Shown here piece after piece: positions 9,367 through 18,669 of a stretch of DNA of 49,552 nucleotides (position 1 is the first letter of the stretch; every line of letters begins with the position of its first letter). The position numbers were made by a program, and so were the translations under genes. This DNA comes from Thaumarchaeota archaeon UBA141 (GTDB lineage Archaea; Thermoproteota; Nitrososphaeria; Nitrososphaerales; UBA141). The notes under the pieces were generated by a model, which did not search any database, was not told where the DNA came from, and saw only the letters and a program-made list of their open reading frames with translations. The stretch is from contig DAEN01000040.1 of the NCBI GenBank assembly GCA_002495315.1, positions 1-49,552 on the forward strand, in the 5' to 3' direction.

Positions 9367-9723
9367 TTGAGTTACGGACAGAGGAGAGACTTCGGTCGCA
9401 GCAACTTCGGCAGTCCTCGTGGATTTGCACCAAAGCCGGTGGAAGTCGGTAAGGAATACGAAGTAGACGTCACAGAAACGAGTCGACGTGGAGATGGAGT
9501 AGCAAGAATTCAAGGCTTTGTTATCTTCGTGGCAGGCGCACGCGCAGGCCAGAAAGTGAAAGTGAAGATCACGAACGTCTCCAGCAGATTCGCAAATGCT
9601 GAACCGATCTCTTCAGGAACAGACGAAGCACCTGCTCAGTCTACGGAGACTACGGAAACTACAGAGTCTACCGGGTCTACCGAGCAGCCGACAGCGGAGT
9701 CTACCGAGCAGACAGACAGCTAG
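9367..9723 (+). CDS. Single TRAM-domain protein (archaeal RNA chaperone/cold-shock-like) with acidic repetitive tail
   Basis: 'PKPVEVGKEYEVDVTETSRRGDGVARIQGFVIFVAGARAGQKVKVKI'; SD-like GGAGG upstream. Confidence 0.92.
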   Translation: MSYGQRRDFGRSNFGSPRGFAPKPVEVGKEYEVDVTETSRRGDGVARIQGFVIFVAGARAGQKVKVKITNVSSRFANAEPISSGTDEAPAQSTETTETTESTGSTEQPTAESTEQTDS

Positions 9724-9797
9724 GGAAAACCGCTAAGGTCTTTGACTTTAGACGGCCAATTCCTAATGTAGCGGTTGGTTCTACCTAACCGCTTCCC

Positions 9798-9822
9798 AGA
9801 CCTTTTTTGGTCTCTTTTTTTT
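9798..9822 (+). terminator. Hairpin plus oligo-T terminator of the TRAM gene
   Basis: AGACC-TTTTTT-GGTCT followed by C and T8. Confidence 0.6.
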
Positions 9823-9832
9823 CATTCCAGGC

Positions 9833-10288
9833 TTACGAGACGAGCTCGCGAAATACTGCTTTCTCGGTTTTTGCCCATGCTTCGTTACCAGGCCTATAGT
9901 GAATCCATGGACCTTCGACTTCGATTATCTCTTTATCTTCTTCTTGGAGCTGATTGCGCGTCTCTTTAATGGTCACCTCTATCATAGTGTGTTTCCCTTC
10001 AGCATTGAGTTTTTCTTTCAAAACCTTTGCCACTCCGCTTATACCATAGATGATATTGTCACCAAGCACGTTAATGAAGACCTGAGAATTTGACTTCAAA
10101 TTCTTTAGAGCGGAGCTCTTTCTCTCGATTGCAAACCTTATGTGTTTACTATCTTTGGCGGTCAGCCAATAAATTGGCCTTGCATATATCTGACAATTGG
10201 AATTAACTGTGGATAGAACAACGGGCCTACTAGCTCTAAGATATTGCAAGAGATCTGTATGTAATTCTTTATGATTGTCTTGTGTCAC
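9833..10288 (-). CDS. Pyridoxamine 5'-phosphate oxidase-like FMN-binding split-barrel protein
   Basis: 'PVVLSTVN...IRFA...SSALKNLKSNSQVFINVLG...YGISGVAKV'. Confidence 0.65.
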   Translation of the reverse strand: MTQDNHKELHTDLLQYLRASRPVVLSTVNSNCQIYARPIYWLTAKDSKHIRFAIERKSSALKNLKSNSQVFINVLGDNIIYGISGVAKVLKEKLNAEGKHTMIEVTIKETRNQLQEEDKEIIEVEGPWIHYRPGNEAWAKTEKAVFRELVS

Positions 10289-10427
10289 GAGGACGCGAGT
10301 AGTTCCTTGGTCTTCTTAATTCTTCTCATCGAGATCTGACTGGAAATCGATCCAGAATGTTAAATTTTCATATTTGTGGAAATATCACCCAGTAGTCTAT
10401 ATCTAGTTCTTGTAATAGAAGACTGTC

Positions 10428-11327
10428 ATGATGTGGAGGAATAGGCCGGTGAAAAAAACACAGCTTCTAGTAGCAATAACTACAGCTCTTGCTCTTGTAG
10501 TGAGCGGGACTATTGTAGCGTCACTTATGTTACAACCCTTCGACTCGCGTGAAACTGATACGATCGTCGGTACGATAGGTGATAATCAAGTCGCTGTACC
10601 ACCTTCAACTCTCCTTCAATCTTCTATGGACTACGATGAACGAGCTTTTACTACTTCAGTTAATGATTCTTTTTCCCGAGCTCTAAGCGTGTCCGGAATA
10701 GGCAGTGCGCAGACTACTCCTGATAGCGTAGTCGTCATGTTGAGCATAACGACCGAAGGTACCACATCGGCAGACGCTGTGACGTCTAATGGGAAAATCT
10801 TCTCATCAACTTTGGATGGCTTTGAAAGACTTGGTATAGATAGAGATCAAATAGAAACTACTTCATATAATTTATTCCCAATTTATTCACGTCCGTCACC
10901 AAAAGCTGCCCCTGAAATCACTGGATATAGAGTGCTACATGATCTTGCGGTCACTATAGGAGATCCCCGCCTAAGTGAACTATCACGAATAGCTGGACAA
11001 GTCATTGACGTCTCGGCGCGAGCAGGTGTTAATGGAATTAATGGTATTCAGTTTGCGGCATCGGAAGAGACGTTCATGAAGCTAAGGAATGAAGCGTTGG
11101 TAGCTGCAGCTCAAGATGCGAATCTCAAGGCGCAAATTATTGCTAAAAGTCTCGAGGTACAGGTTGTTTCTGTACTCAGCGCTTCTGAATCAAGTATTAG
11201 ATCTCCCACGGTTGTAATGCAAAGAAGCATGGCAGAAGCAAGTATTGCAACCTCAACAGATGTGATACCGGGGCAGCTAGAAGTACAGGCTCATCTTTCT
11301 GTAAATTACGAGATCGGACCGATGTGA
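10428..11327 (+). CDS. SIMPL-domain (DUF541) protein with N-terminal membrane anchor
   Basis: 'LSVSGIG...PD', 'QIETTSYNLFP', 'ITGYRV', 'LRNEALVAAAQDANLKA' and C-terminal 'PGQLEV...VNY'. Confidence 0.88.
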   Translation: MMWRNRPVKKTQLLVAITTALALVVSGTIVASLMLQPFDSRETDTIVGTIGDNQVAVPPSTLLQSSMDYDERAFTTSVNDSFSRALSVSGIGSAQTTPDSVVVMLSITTEGTTSADAVTSNGKIFSSTLDGFERLGIDRDQIETTSYNLFPIYSRPSPKAAPEITGYRVLHDLAVTIGDPRLSELSRIAGQVIDVSARAGVNGINGIQFAASEETFMKLRNEALVAAAQDANLKAQIIAKSLEVQVVSVLSASESSIRSPTVVMQRSMAEASIATSTDVIPGQLEVQAHLSVNYEIGPM

Positions 11328-11384
11328 ATGGTAAGATCTGCGTCTTCAAATCACAAATAGCAACGGTGGTGAAAAACAAGTAGT

Positions 11385-12302
11385 TTGAAGGTTCTCATTA
11401 CTGGAGTAAATGGCTTTGTAGGTAAGAACCTTTTCTCATATCTAATTGATAGAGGTTTCAAGGTGCTCGGAACTGATCTATATAATACGCCTTTACAAGG
11501 TGATCTAACTGATGAAACGTTCGTCTTTGGCCAGTTATCTGAAATGAGTTTTGATGCCATAGTCCATTTGGGAGGCATCGTCGAGATTCAAAAGACAATT
11601 GAAAACCCTTTTCTCTGCTACAAAATAAACGACTTAGGGACTCTGAATGTTCTAGAGCTTGCTGCTAGAAACCGCGTTAAACGCTTCATTTACGCTTCAT
11701 CTGCCAACGTATTTGGCCTTCCAATAAGATTGCCAGTAAGAGAGACAACGCCGTTCAATCCTAGAACTCCGTACGACCACTCGAAGGTTATTGGTGAAAG
11801 TCTGGTCAATAGCTACTATCTGCATCGAAGCGTCCCGACGGTAATCTTGCGGAGCTGGAAACTTTATGGCGAACATGATAATCCTAATTCTGCCATTCCA
11901 AAATTTATTGAGGCGTGTCTGGAAGGGAAAAAAATTTTTCTTCATAATGCGGGCACGGATGTGACAGACCCTGTTTACATACAAACCTACTGTGAGATTA
12001 TTGAGTTGTGTTTACTTAAGGAACAAGCAGTAGGTGAAGCATTTAACGTAGGAGGTGGAAAGAAATATTCTATCAGGGAGATTGCTGAAAGGATTCGTTT
12101 CCTGATGAAATCGAAGTCAAAACTCTACGATCTTCCATCAAGAAGCTCAGTAGAGTTGGAACCTATGAAGAGTTACCCGTCTATAACGAAGATCCGGAAA
12201 AGACTTGGTTATTCTTCCGAGTATGATCTGGATGAAGGGCTTAAGCGCACAATCGTCTGGTTCACTCGACATCAGAAAACAGTAATTGAGCGTAGTCTAT
12301 AG
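11385..12302 (+). CDS. NAD-dependent epimerase/dehydratase (extended SDR)
   Basis: 'VLITGVNGFVG', 'YASS' and YxxxK 'YDHSK'. Confidence 0.9.
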   Translation: MKVLITGVNGFVGKNLFSYLIDRGFKVLGTDLYNTPLQGDLTDETFVFGQLSEMSFDAIVHLGGIVEIQKTIENPFLCYKINDLGTLNVLELAARNRVKRFIYASSANVFGLPIRLPVRETTPFNPRTPYDHSKVIGESLVNSYYLHRSVPTVILRSWKLYGEHDNPNSAIPKFIEACLEGKKIFLHNAGTDVTDPVYIQTYCEIIELCLLKEQAVGEAFNVGGGKKYSIREIAERIRFLMKSKSKLYDLPSRSSVELEPMKSYPSITKIRKRLGYSSEYDLDEGLKRTIVWFTRHQKTVIERSL

Positions 12303-12326
12303 AAAATAATAGGTAATGTTCGAGCT

Positions 12327-12992
12327 TCAAATGAATTGTATCATATCAGAAAGAGTTAGCTTTGCACCATACCATCTTGTAAATTGGTAGAGGGCCAACT
12401 CTTGACCATAATGGTCATTAGCAGAGACGCAATCCGAAGGTATAATGATTTCATAGCCGCGAAGATAGAAGCCTATGACGGCCTTCTCAACGCAGGCGTT
12501 TGAGACCGTACCAGTTATAATGACGTTTGTGTCGTTTCTTTCGCGGTTCCTATGAACGGATCCGTGTTCAAAAGAGCCAAACTTCCTCTCTTTTAGAATC
12601 GATTCCATATTAGTCCCGAACCACGGATCAAAAGAAGTCTTTTTGATGGAAGGTTCACCTGATGATGGTTTAAGTTCATCTATTATCTCTGCTCCCCATG
12701 TTTCTGCCTTACAACCTCGTCCGATAATACTTGCTCGCGGGTGATTGGAATATCTCGGATCATCTTTCAAATACCATGATTGAGTATGTATGATTTGGAG
12801 CCCCGAAGATCTTGCCTTTTCTAGTAGCGTTCTTATTTTTGGAATTGTAGGAAGAACCATAGGTCCGACGTAGAGCTCGCCGTTTTCCCTGCAGAAGTCG
12901 TTTTGCATATCAACTACTACAACTGCTGATTTGTTAATTGGAAGGCTTACGTTTACTGGACTAGGTAGTTTCGGTGCTTCTAATCTGCTCAT
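12327..12992 (-). CDS. Isochorismatase-family cysteine hydrolase (second paralog)
   Basis: 'VVDMQNDF', 'KTSFDPW' and 'GTVSNACV'. Confidence 0.85.
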   Translation of the reverse strand: MSRLEAPKLPSPVNVSLPINKSAVVVVDMQNDFCRENGELYVGPMVLPTIPKIRTLLEKARSSGLQIIHTQSWYLKDDPRYSNHPRASIIGRGCKAETWGAEIIDELKPSSGEPSIKKTSFDPWFGTNMESILKERKFGSFEHGSVHRNRERNDTNVIITGTVSNACVEKAVIGFYLRGYEIIIPSDCVSANDHYGQELALYQFTRWYGAKLTLSDMIQFI

Positions 12993-13210
12993 CTTTCGCT
13001 TTTCTTGTTCACTAAGGTAAATTATAAGTTTAAGCCGAAAAATCCTGCCCAGGAACTTTCCCTTGAATTTGCACCGATGTTTCTGGAGTAGATCCCGTAG
13101 CTTGTTCGGACATGGACAAATTAATCAGGGCCTGATGGACTAATCTGTTTATTGGGTTTGTCATGATTCTTATGGAGTGAATGATTTACGAGGCAATGAT
13201 CGACGACTGA

Positions 13211-14074
13211 TCAATTTGGAGAAAAATTGGATAAAATGGAATCTTTAGTAAGTTGGATTAGATCGAGGTTAACTTCTCTCATTTCTCTTGATGCATCTAC
13301 GAGGTAAAAATTTCCATACGGATATAGCTGAGGGAGTTCCAAATATAACTCACGAACTTTCTGTAGCGTCTCTGGTTGTTCATAACGGTCCCGGCTCCGG
13401 CCTTGAAGGCGTTCCTTGATAGTTGGTATAGGTGCGTCTAAGATTATGGTGTGAGATTGTTTGACGATGGAGTCTTCGAAAGCTAGAATTCGTCCTTCGT
13501 CTATCCCCTGATTTTTTTGATATATGGTATTACTTTCAAGCCATCGCTTAGATAGAACTATGTGTCTAGTCGATTTTGTGATCCATTTGAGTATTCTGGA
13601 ATTATGTTGTGCTCGATCTAATGACCATAGTAGCCAGGCGTATTCCTTAGAGATTTCTCCGTCAAATTTCCATGTAGCTTTAGGATGATTCAGATACGCC
13701 GCGACTATGGAACCTAATGTTGTGTGATATGACGGTAAAGAGATACCTAATACCATATATCCTTGGTTGGATAGGAATTTGTTAAGGCCAGTTATCCCGT
13801 CAAAATGACGCCGGTTAAAGCATTGCGTCTCCTTTCCTGAGCGGTCAGGGCCACTAACGACTATGAAACGCGCGATGGATTGCCTTCTGGGACCAACTAG
13901 CTCAGAAATGGCCTTGTTAATGCCATGGACTAGCTCTCTGGGTATCTTATGGCCCTTTGAGCTTACTTGGAATAGTAGCTCTTTGAGAGGAATAGTTCGG
14001 ATGTTCTCTTCTATGAAACTCAGGACGCCTTCAAGTTCGGCTCCATCTATGGTTTCTGGTGGGGCCATCATCAA
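13211..14074 (-). CDS. tmk: Thymidylate kinase family protein with N-terminal extension
   Basis: P-loop 'SGPDRSGKETQ', 'PSYHTTLG', 'LDRAQH', 'KRWLESNTIYQ' and 'RDRYE...LQKVRELY'. Confidence 0.75.
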   Translation of the reverse strand: MMMAPPETIDGAELEGVLSFIEENIRTIPLKELLFQVSSKGHKIPRELVHGINKAISELVGPRRQSIARFIVVSGPDRSGKETQCFNRRHFDGITGLNKFLSNQGYMVLGISLPSYHTTLGSIVAAYLNHPKATWKFDGEISKEYAWLLWSLDRAQHNSRILKWITKSTRHIVLSKRWLESNTIYQKNQGIDEGRILAFEDSIVKQSHTIILDAPIPTIKERLQGRSRDRYEQPETLQKVRELYLELPQLYPYGNFYLVDASREMREVNLDLIQLTKDSILSNFSPN

Positions 14075-14111
14075 TACGCGTGTTACGTCTAGATATCAAT
14101 AATTTCTTGTA

Positions 14112-15092
14112 TTATGATAGTTTTAGTATAGATAATGCATTTTTATGGAATATTTTGTCTTTTTGTTCATTAGTAATATCCAAGCCATTAACGTCTTCTG
14201 CAATCGTTGAGGGCGTACCAAGAAGAAAAGGGTAATCTGTTCCATAAAGTAGTTGGTCTTCTCCGAAGAATCGGTACGCGAACATCATAGCTTCATGATC
14301 AAAGGAAATCGTATCCGTGTATAGGCGTTTGAGGTACTCCATAGGAGGCCTGTTGATATTAGCCTTACACTCTTTGTATTCGATGTACCCCTGGTTTATT
14401 CGGCCTGCAAGATATGGTATTGCTGCTCCCTGGTGAGAAATAATGAGTTTCAAGTTTGGCACTCGATCGAATATTCCTTCAAAGACTAGTTTAGAAACCA
14501 TAAGAGTTGTGTCATACAAATAGCCAAGAATCGTGATAAGTCTGTAGGGAGACATCGGTTCACTTCCTGCCGGTATGTTTGGATGGACAAATACCGGGAT
14601 ATCAAGTCGAGACGCTGTCTCATAGATTGGAATAAACTGACTTGACGTTGGAGACTGGCCGTCAATACTTGCAGGAATGCAGACTCCCTTCAACCCGAGC
14701 TCCGTAATAGCCCGTGTTAGCTCCTCGACTGCTGCCAATGGATCTCTGAGAGGAAGAGTAGCAAATCCTACCAGGCGGTCAGGATATTTTTTTACCTCTT
14801 CAGCTAAGTTCTCGTTTACTGCTCGGGCGATCGGGATCCCGCGTTCAATGGGAAAGATGTCCACGAATGGATTTGGGAGGGTCAAGACTGCTATGTCGAT
14901 GCCAAATTTATCAAGGTCTTTTATGCGAGCTTCGTTATCGTGTACAGAACTTCGTAGAAGAACTTCGTCTGCCTTTCGAACTAAGGCAATCCTTCCGTCT
15001 GGTTCGAGTCTAGCTCTTGGATACCCGGTCCATGTTGAGAGTTCTTTTAGGTATGCTTTGGGGAAGATGTGATGGTGAAAGTCAATCTTCAA
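14112..15092 (-). CDS. Amidohydrolase-2 family protein (ACMSD-like decarboxylase/hydratase)
   Basis: 'IDFHHH', 'PVFVHP', 'SHQGAAIPY' and 'LLYGTDYPF'. Confidence 0.88.
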   Translation of the reverse strand: MKIDFHHHIFPKAYLKELSTWTGYPRARLEPDGRIALVRKADEVLLRSSVHDNEARIKDLDKFGIDIAVLTLPNPFVDIFPIERGIPIARAVNENLAEEVKKYPDRLVGFATLPLRDPLAAVEELTRAITELGLKGVCIPASIDGQSPTSSQFIPIYETASRLDIPVFVHPNIPAGSEPMSPYRLITILGYLYDTTLMVSKLVFEGIFDRVPNLKLIISHQGAAIPYLAGRINQGYIEYKECKANINRPPMEYLKRLYTDTISFDHEAMMFAYRFFGEDQLLYGTDYPFLLGTPSTIAEDVNGLDITNEQKDKIFHKNALSILKLS

Positions 15093-15236
15093 CTTTTGAT
15101 ATTCGAGCCTCTCTTTTTAGTGTTAATAGCCTTATTTCTATCCATGGATTTCTCACTGGAATGTATTAGAAGTCGTCAGATGTTTTAGGTTGGTAATGGT
15201 AAGGTTTCTTTAGCGGCCGTGGTCCGTCTCAGTGGC

Positions 15237-16655
15237 ATGTCTATCCTTACAGAGCTTTCAAGCGTGGTGGGATCAGATAACGTAATCATTGATCCAGAGG
15301 CGTTATTACGCTATTCATATGATGCAAGTGAGTGCCTTTCTAGGTTTCCAGACGTCGTAGCCTTGCCTTCCTGTACGGAAGAAGTTATCGGGGTGATGAA
15401 AATTGCAAATAGATTGCGTGAATCAGTTACCCCAGTTGTATCTTGTACAAATGGTTGGGGACAGCATATTCCTCTGAAAGGTGGTCTTGTTTTAGATCTT
15501 TCACGGATGTCTCAGATCCAAATTGATGAAAGAATGCGATATGTGGTAATTGGGGCAGGTGCCACAGTACAGGCAGTAATCAAGGCGTTGGGACAGAAGG
15601 GAATGTGGGCAAGTGTTCCTAAAGCGTGTCCAGGCAATGCGTCGCTTCTTGTTAACCTCCTTATCCAGGGCGTCGGTTTCATGCCACTAAAATTTGGGTC
15701 TCAATACGAACAGATCAACGGTCTTGAAGTCGTTCTTCCAGATGGCGAGCTATTGCGCTGCGGGTCAACATCTTGCAGTCCGTACTGGTTTGGAAGAGTA
15801 CCCCTTCCGGATTTAGTTGGCCTGTTTAGTGGCTGGTTTGGATCAACTGGAGTAGTAACGAAAGTATCTCTTCCAATCTACCGTAAACCACTCCATGTTG
15901 AAGCTTTTTGCCTGAGGATTTCGACACCTCAAAAAGGTAGTTTTGGGCCTTTTCTGTCATCTCTGGTGGATCTCGATGTAGCTGATGACATCTCCGCCTA
16001 TTCTCCTGATGTTGGATTCGTCGGAAATGATACTAAGTTAACCAGTGGTAGAGAGACTGGAGTTTATCTCTATGCAATAGTAACGGGTAGTTCAAAGAAT
16101 CTCATCGATGCCAAGATCGAAATTCTAAATGATCTGGTAGAGAAGCAAGCTCCAAAAAATATGAACGTAAGTGTTCTTGAACTCACTCGTCGAGATCGCG
16201 ATAAATATCTCCAATTACCAGATCTTCGAACTTCATTTAATCCAGATGTTTTTGGCGGATCCACGAACCCGGCTTGCTACATACCCATCTCGGCCTGGGC
16301 ACAAACTATGCAAGAGGTTCAAAGAACTTGTCGTAGATTCGGAAGAGAATCCTTGTTCCGAGTTGATGTTTTCAGGGGTTCGCATTCAGGATCCCTGATG
16401 ACTTATCTTCGTTTCAATAGAAAAGATGAGGATGAAGTAAAGAAGATTACTAGTCTGGTTAGGGATATAGTTGAGATTTATGTAAAGAAGGGCGGACTGG
16501 TGTGGAAAGCTCCGCCCTGGGCGTGGAGTCGTCAGATTAGAGAGGCAAATATGGGCTTTCTTAAGAGTTTGAAGATGATAAAGAGAACCCTTGACCCCAA
16601 TCGAATTATGAGTCCAGGTCGTCTCGGTTTTGAAGTAAATGACCTCCGAGATTAG
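15237..16655 (+). CDS. FAD-binding oxidoreductase (GlcD/VAO-PCMH family)
   Basis: 'PDVVALP', 'GGLVLDLSRM', 'GLEVVLPDG', 'GSTGVVTK' and C-terminal 'LDPNRIMSPG'. The start could be 15219 or 15237. Confidence 0.85.
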   Translation: MSILTELSSVVGSDNVIIDPEALLRYSYDASECLSRFPDVVALPSCTEEVIGVMKIANRLRESVTPVVSCTNGWGQHIPLKGGLVLDLSRMSQIQIDERMRYVVIGAGATVQAVIKALGQKGMWASVPKACPGNASLLVNLLIQGVGFMPLKFGSQYEQINGLEVVLPDGELLRCGSTSCSPYWFGRVPLPDLVGLFSGWFGSTGVVTKVSLPIYRKPLHVEAFCLRISTPQKGSFGPFLSSLVDLDVADDISAYSPDVGFVGNDTKLTSGRETGVYLYAIVTGSSKNLIDAKIEILNDLVEKQAPKNMNVSVLELTRRDRDKYLQLPDLRTSFNPDVFGGSTNPACYIPISAWAQTMQEVQRTCRRFGRESLFRVDVFRGSHSGSLMTYLRFNRKDEDEVKKITSLVRDIVEIYVKKGGLVWKAPPWAWSRQIREANMGFLKSLKMIKRTLDPNRIMSPGRLGFEVNDLRD

Positions 16656-16699
16656 GTGTTTACGGTCTTTTAGTTTAAGGTCGATGAGACGTGTTCAAT

Positions 16700-17797
16700 T
16701 TAAGCTGGTGTTAACATCCTTTTTCGAAGCTTGATGCCGAGGCCGGGTTTTTCACCTATTGTTACCTTTCCTTCATTGAAAATTAAACCGCCAGTTGCAA
16801 CGTCTTCTTTAAGGGTGTAATAGTGTTGCATAACTCCAGATCCAGCTGGAATCAGAGTCTTGGCGTTGAGAGCTATATGTGCACCTGCGGTATTAGATAC
16901 TAGTGTTTCTCCAGGGACTCCATCTATCCTACAGAGAACATTGAATGAGTCACAAAGAGTTGCGATCTTTTTGCAGTTCAAGATCCCACCCGCCTTCATA
17001 ATCTTAATGCAAAGTACATCTGCCGCTTTCTTCTTGACAATCTCTCTCGCATCCTTTAGGGTGTGACAGCTCTCATCAGCACAGACGGGAGCGTCGACGG
17101 CTTCTCGTACTTCCAACATTTCTTCAAGGCCAAGAGTAGGCTCTTCAAAGATAATGTTGTTGAATCCTTGTAACGCTCGAATGCTCTCAATAGCTTCCTT
17201 TGCCGTCCAAGCACGATTAGCGTCTGCTACTAGAATAATTTCGTCACCTATGGCTTCTCTGATCGCCTTTATTCTTGCAATATCCGCTTTTAGTCCTATA
17301 CCTACCTTAACTTCGAATGCTCTAAAGCCTTCCTTCACTGCTTTCTTAGCAATCTTCGCGATCTCCGTGGGTCGCCGAATTTGTTTCATACCAAAATTGA
17401 ACTGGGTATAGAAATGATCGCGTACCTTTCCGCCCAATAGCTGGTACACGGGTTTGTCTACTGCTTTACCCATCATATCATACAGAGCTAAATCGATGGC
17501 GGCCTTAGCAGGCCAATTATCGGCCAAAGCGTCATTCATAAGAGAGTGAATTTTCTCGATGTCAAATGGATTTTGGCCACTTATTGTTGATGCAAGGAAC
17601 TTTGCCCCTTCTATTATTATTCCTTGAGTCGCTCCGAGGTATTTTGGAACAGGAGAAGTAGTGCCAATTCCAACAAGTCCGTCTTCCGAACTAACCTTAA
17701 CGACTACGTCTTTGGCGGCCCTAACGTTCATTCTGCTCAGAAAGGTGTCCTTAAATGGAATGTCTGCACGATAGATTTCTACTTCTGAGATTCGCAT
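16700..17797 (-). CDS. Enolase superfamily, mandelate racemase/muconate lactonizing (dipeptide epimerase-like) enzyme
   Basis: 'AKAAIDLALYD..GK...PVYQLLGG', metal ligands 'DAN', 'EEP', 'DES', and 'IKIMKAGG'. Confidence 0.88.
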   Translation of the reverse strand: MRISEVEIYRADIPFKDTFLSRMNVRAAKDVVVKVSSEDGLVGIGTTSPVPKYLGATQGIIIEGAKFLASTISGQNPFDIEKIHSLMNDALADNWPAKAAIDLALYDMMGKAVDKPVYQLLGGKVRDHFYTQFNFGMKQIRRPTEIAKIAKKAVKEGFRAFEVKVGIGLKADIARIKAIREAIGDEIILVADANRAWTAKEAIESIRALQGFNNIIFEEPTLGLEEMLEVREAVDAPVCADESCHTLKDAREIVKKKAADVLCIKIMKAGGILNCKKIATLCDSFNVLCRIDGVPGETLVSNTAGAHIALNAKTLIPAGSGVMQHYYTLKEDVATGGLIFNEGKVTIGEKPGLGIKLRKRMLTPA

Positions 17798-17841
17798 ATA
17801 ACAAGCTGGTGGAAAGTAATTGCCCTTTATTTGTTTGTTAC

Positions 17842-18663
17842 TTAAGACTCAACTGAAGATATGTAGGGAACAGATAAAGCTCTTGCATTAGAGGTCAGGG
17901 TAGCTACTCTGGTGTCAAAGTAAGGGAGGGACCACTCGATGATGTCTTTACCAAACCGTAGTTTTTGTCGTTTGATGCCTACAGAATCAGGAGACGTTCT
18001 TGTCTTTGAATAGTTCCCGATTCTCTTTCCGAAGTCCATTCCACACAATGTAATGTTGCTGGCGCCTGCAAGTGCTGTAAGTATGAATGCTCTATCTCCG
18101 TCAGTAAAGCCGCCCACGTTGTGGACGCGAGAGGTTGACTCGGATTGTGTGGTTCCTAGTATTTTTTGTGGTAATTTAGGAATCGTATCTCTAAGGGCGC
18201 CTATATTGTCGCCATGAGCATGGATCGCCAATAGGGTTTCACTGGGTGAAAGTTGTAAGAGATCTTGTTTTTCTAATCCATCAAGATCTGTAACAACGAG
18301 TTGGGGTTGAACTCCTAGCTTCAGCAATGGTCGAGCGGCTCCATCGGCAGCTACATGTACGTACTTTCTGATCACCTGTGTACTCTCTACTAGCTTTGAT
18401 AGTTGATCTTCTAGAGACGGCCCAGCCCCATAGATAATTGCTGGTTTTCCATGCAGTAAGGATATCGTATGCGTTGGTGCCATGCTTTTAGAACGCAGTA
18501 AACTATGAAGTAAATTTGTAGCCTGGACGTCTTTTAATGGGTCATAGTGAAATGTCTGTATAATCTTTTGGTACCATTCCTCATGAAAGTCTTTGCCAAA
18601 TTTAGAGAATCGATCTTCTGCTGCAGTTATCGGCGGGCCAGCGTTGCTTGTTGTTTTCTTCAT
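17842..18663 (-). CDS. mptE: 6-hydroxymethyl-7,8-dihydropterin pyrophosphokinase (DUF115)
   Basis: 'GAGPSL', 'AADGA', 'VVTDLDG', 'HAHGDN', 'GGFTDGDRA' and 'GMDFG'. Confidence 0.9.
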   Translation of the reverse strand: MKKTTSNAGPPITAAEDRFSKFGKDFHEEWYQKIIQTFHYDPLKDVQATNLLHSLLRSKSMAPTHTISLLHGKPAIIYGAGPSLEDQLSKLVESTQVIRKYVHVAADGAARPLLKLGVQPQLVVTDLDGLEKQDLLQLSPSETLLAIHAHGDNIGALRDTIPKLPQKILGTTQSESTSRVHNVGGFTDGDRAFILTALAGASNITLCGMDFGKRIGNYSKTRTSPDSVGIKRQKLRFGKDIIEWSLPYFDTRVATLTSNARALSVPYISSVES

Positions 18664-18669
18664 AATCCG

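Noticed and set aside
9172-9513. 113-aa minus-strand ORF
   Set aside because: It is antisense to the TRAM gene and its promoter.
13130-13210. Possible C/D-box sRNA (TGATGGA, ATGAT and CTGA elements)
   Set aside because: There is no proper RTGATGA C box with correct spacing to the D box.
16700-17797. ExK instead of KxK in the enolase-superfamily enzyme as a sign of inactivity
   Set aside because: The second, catalytic Lys and all three metal ligands are retained.
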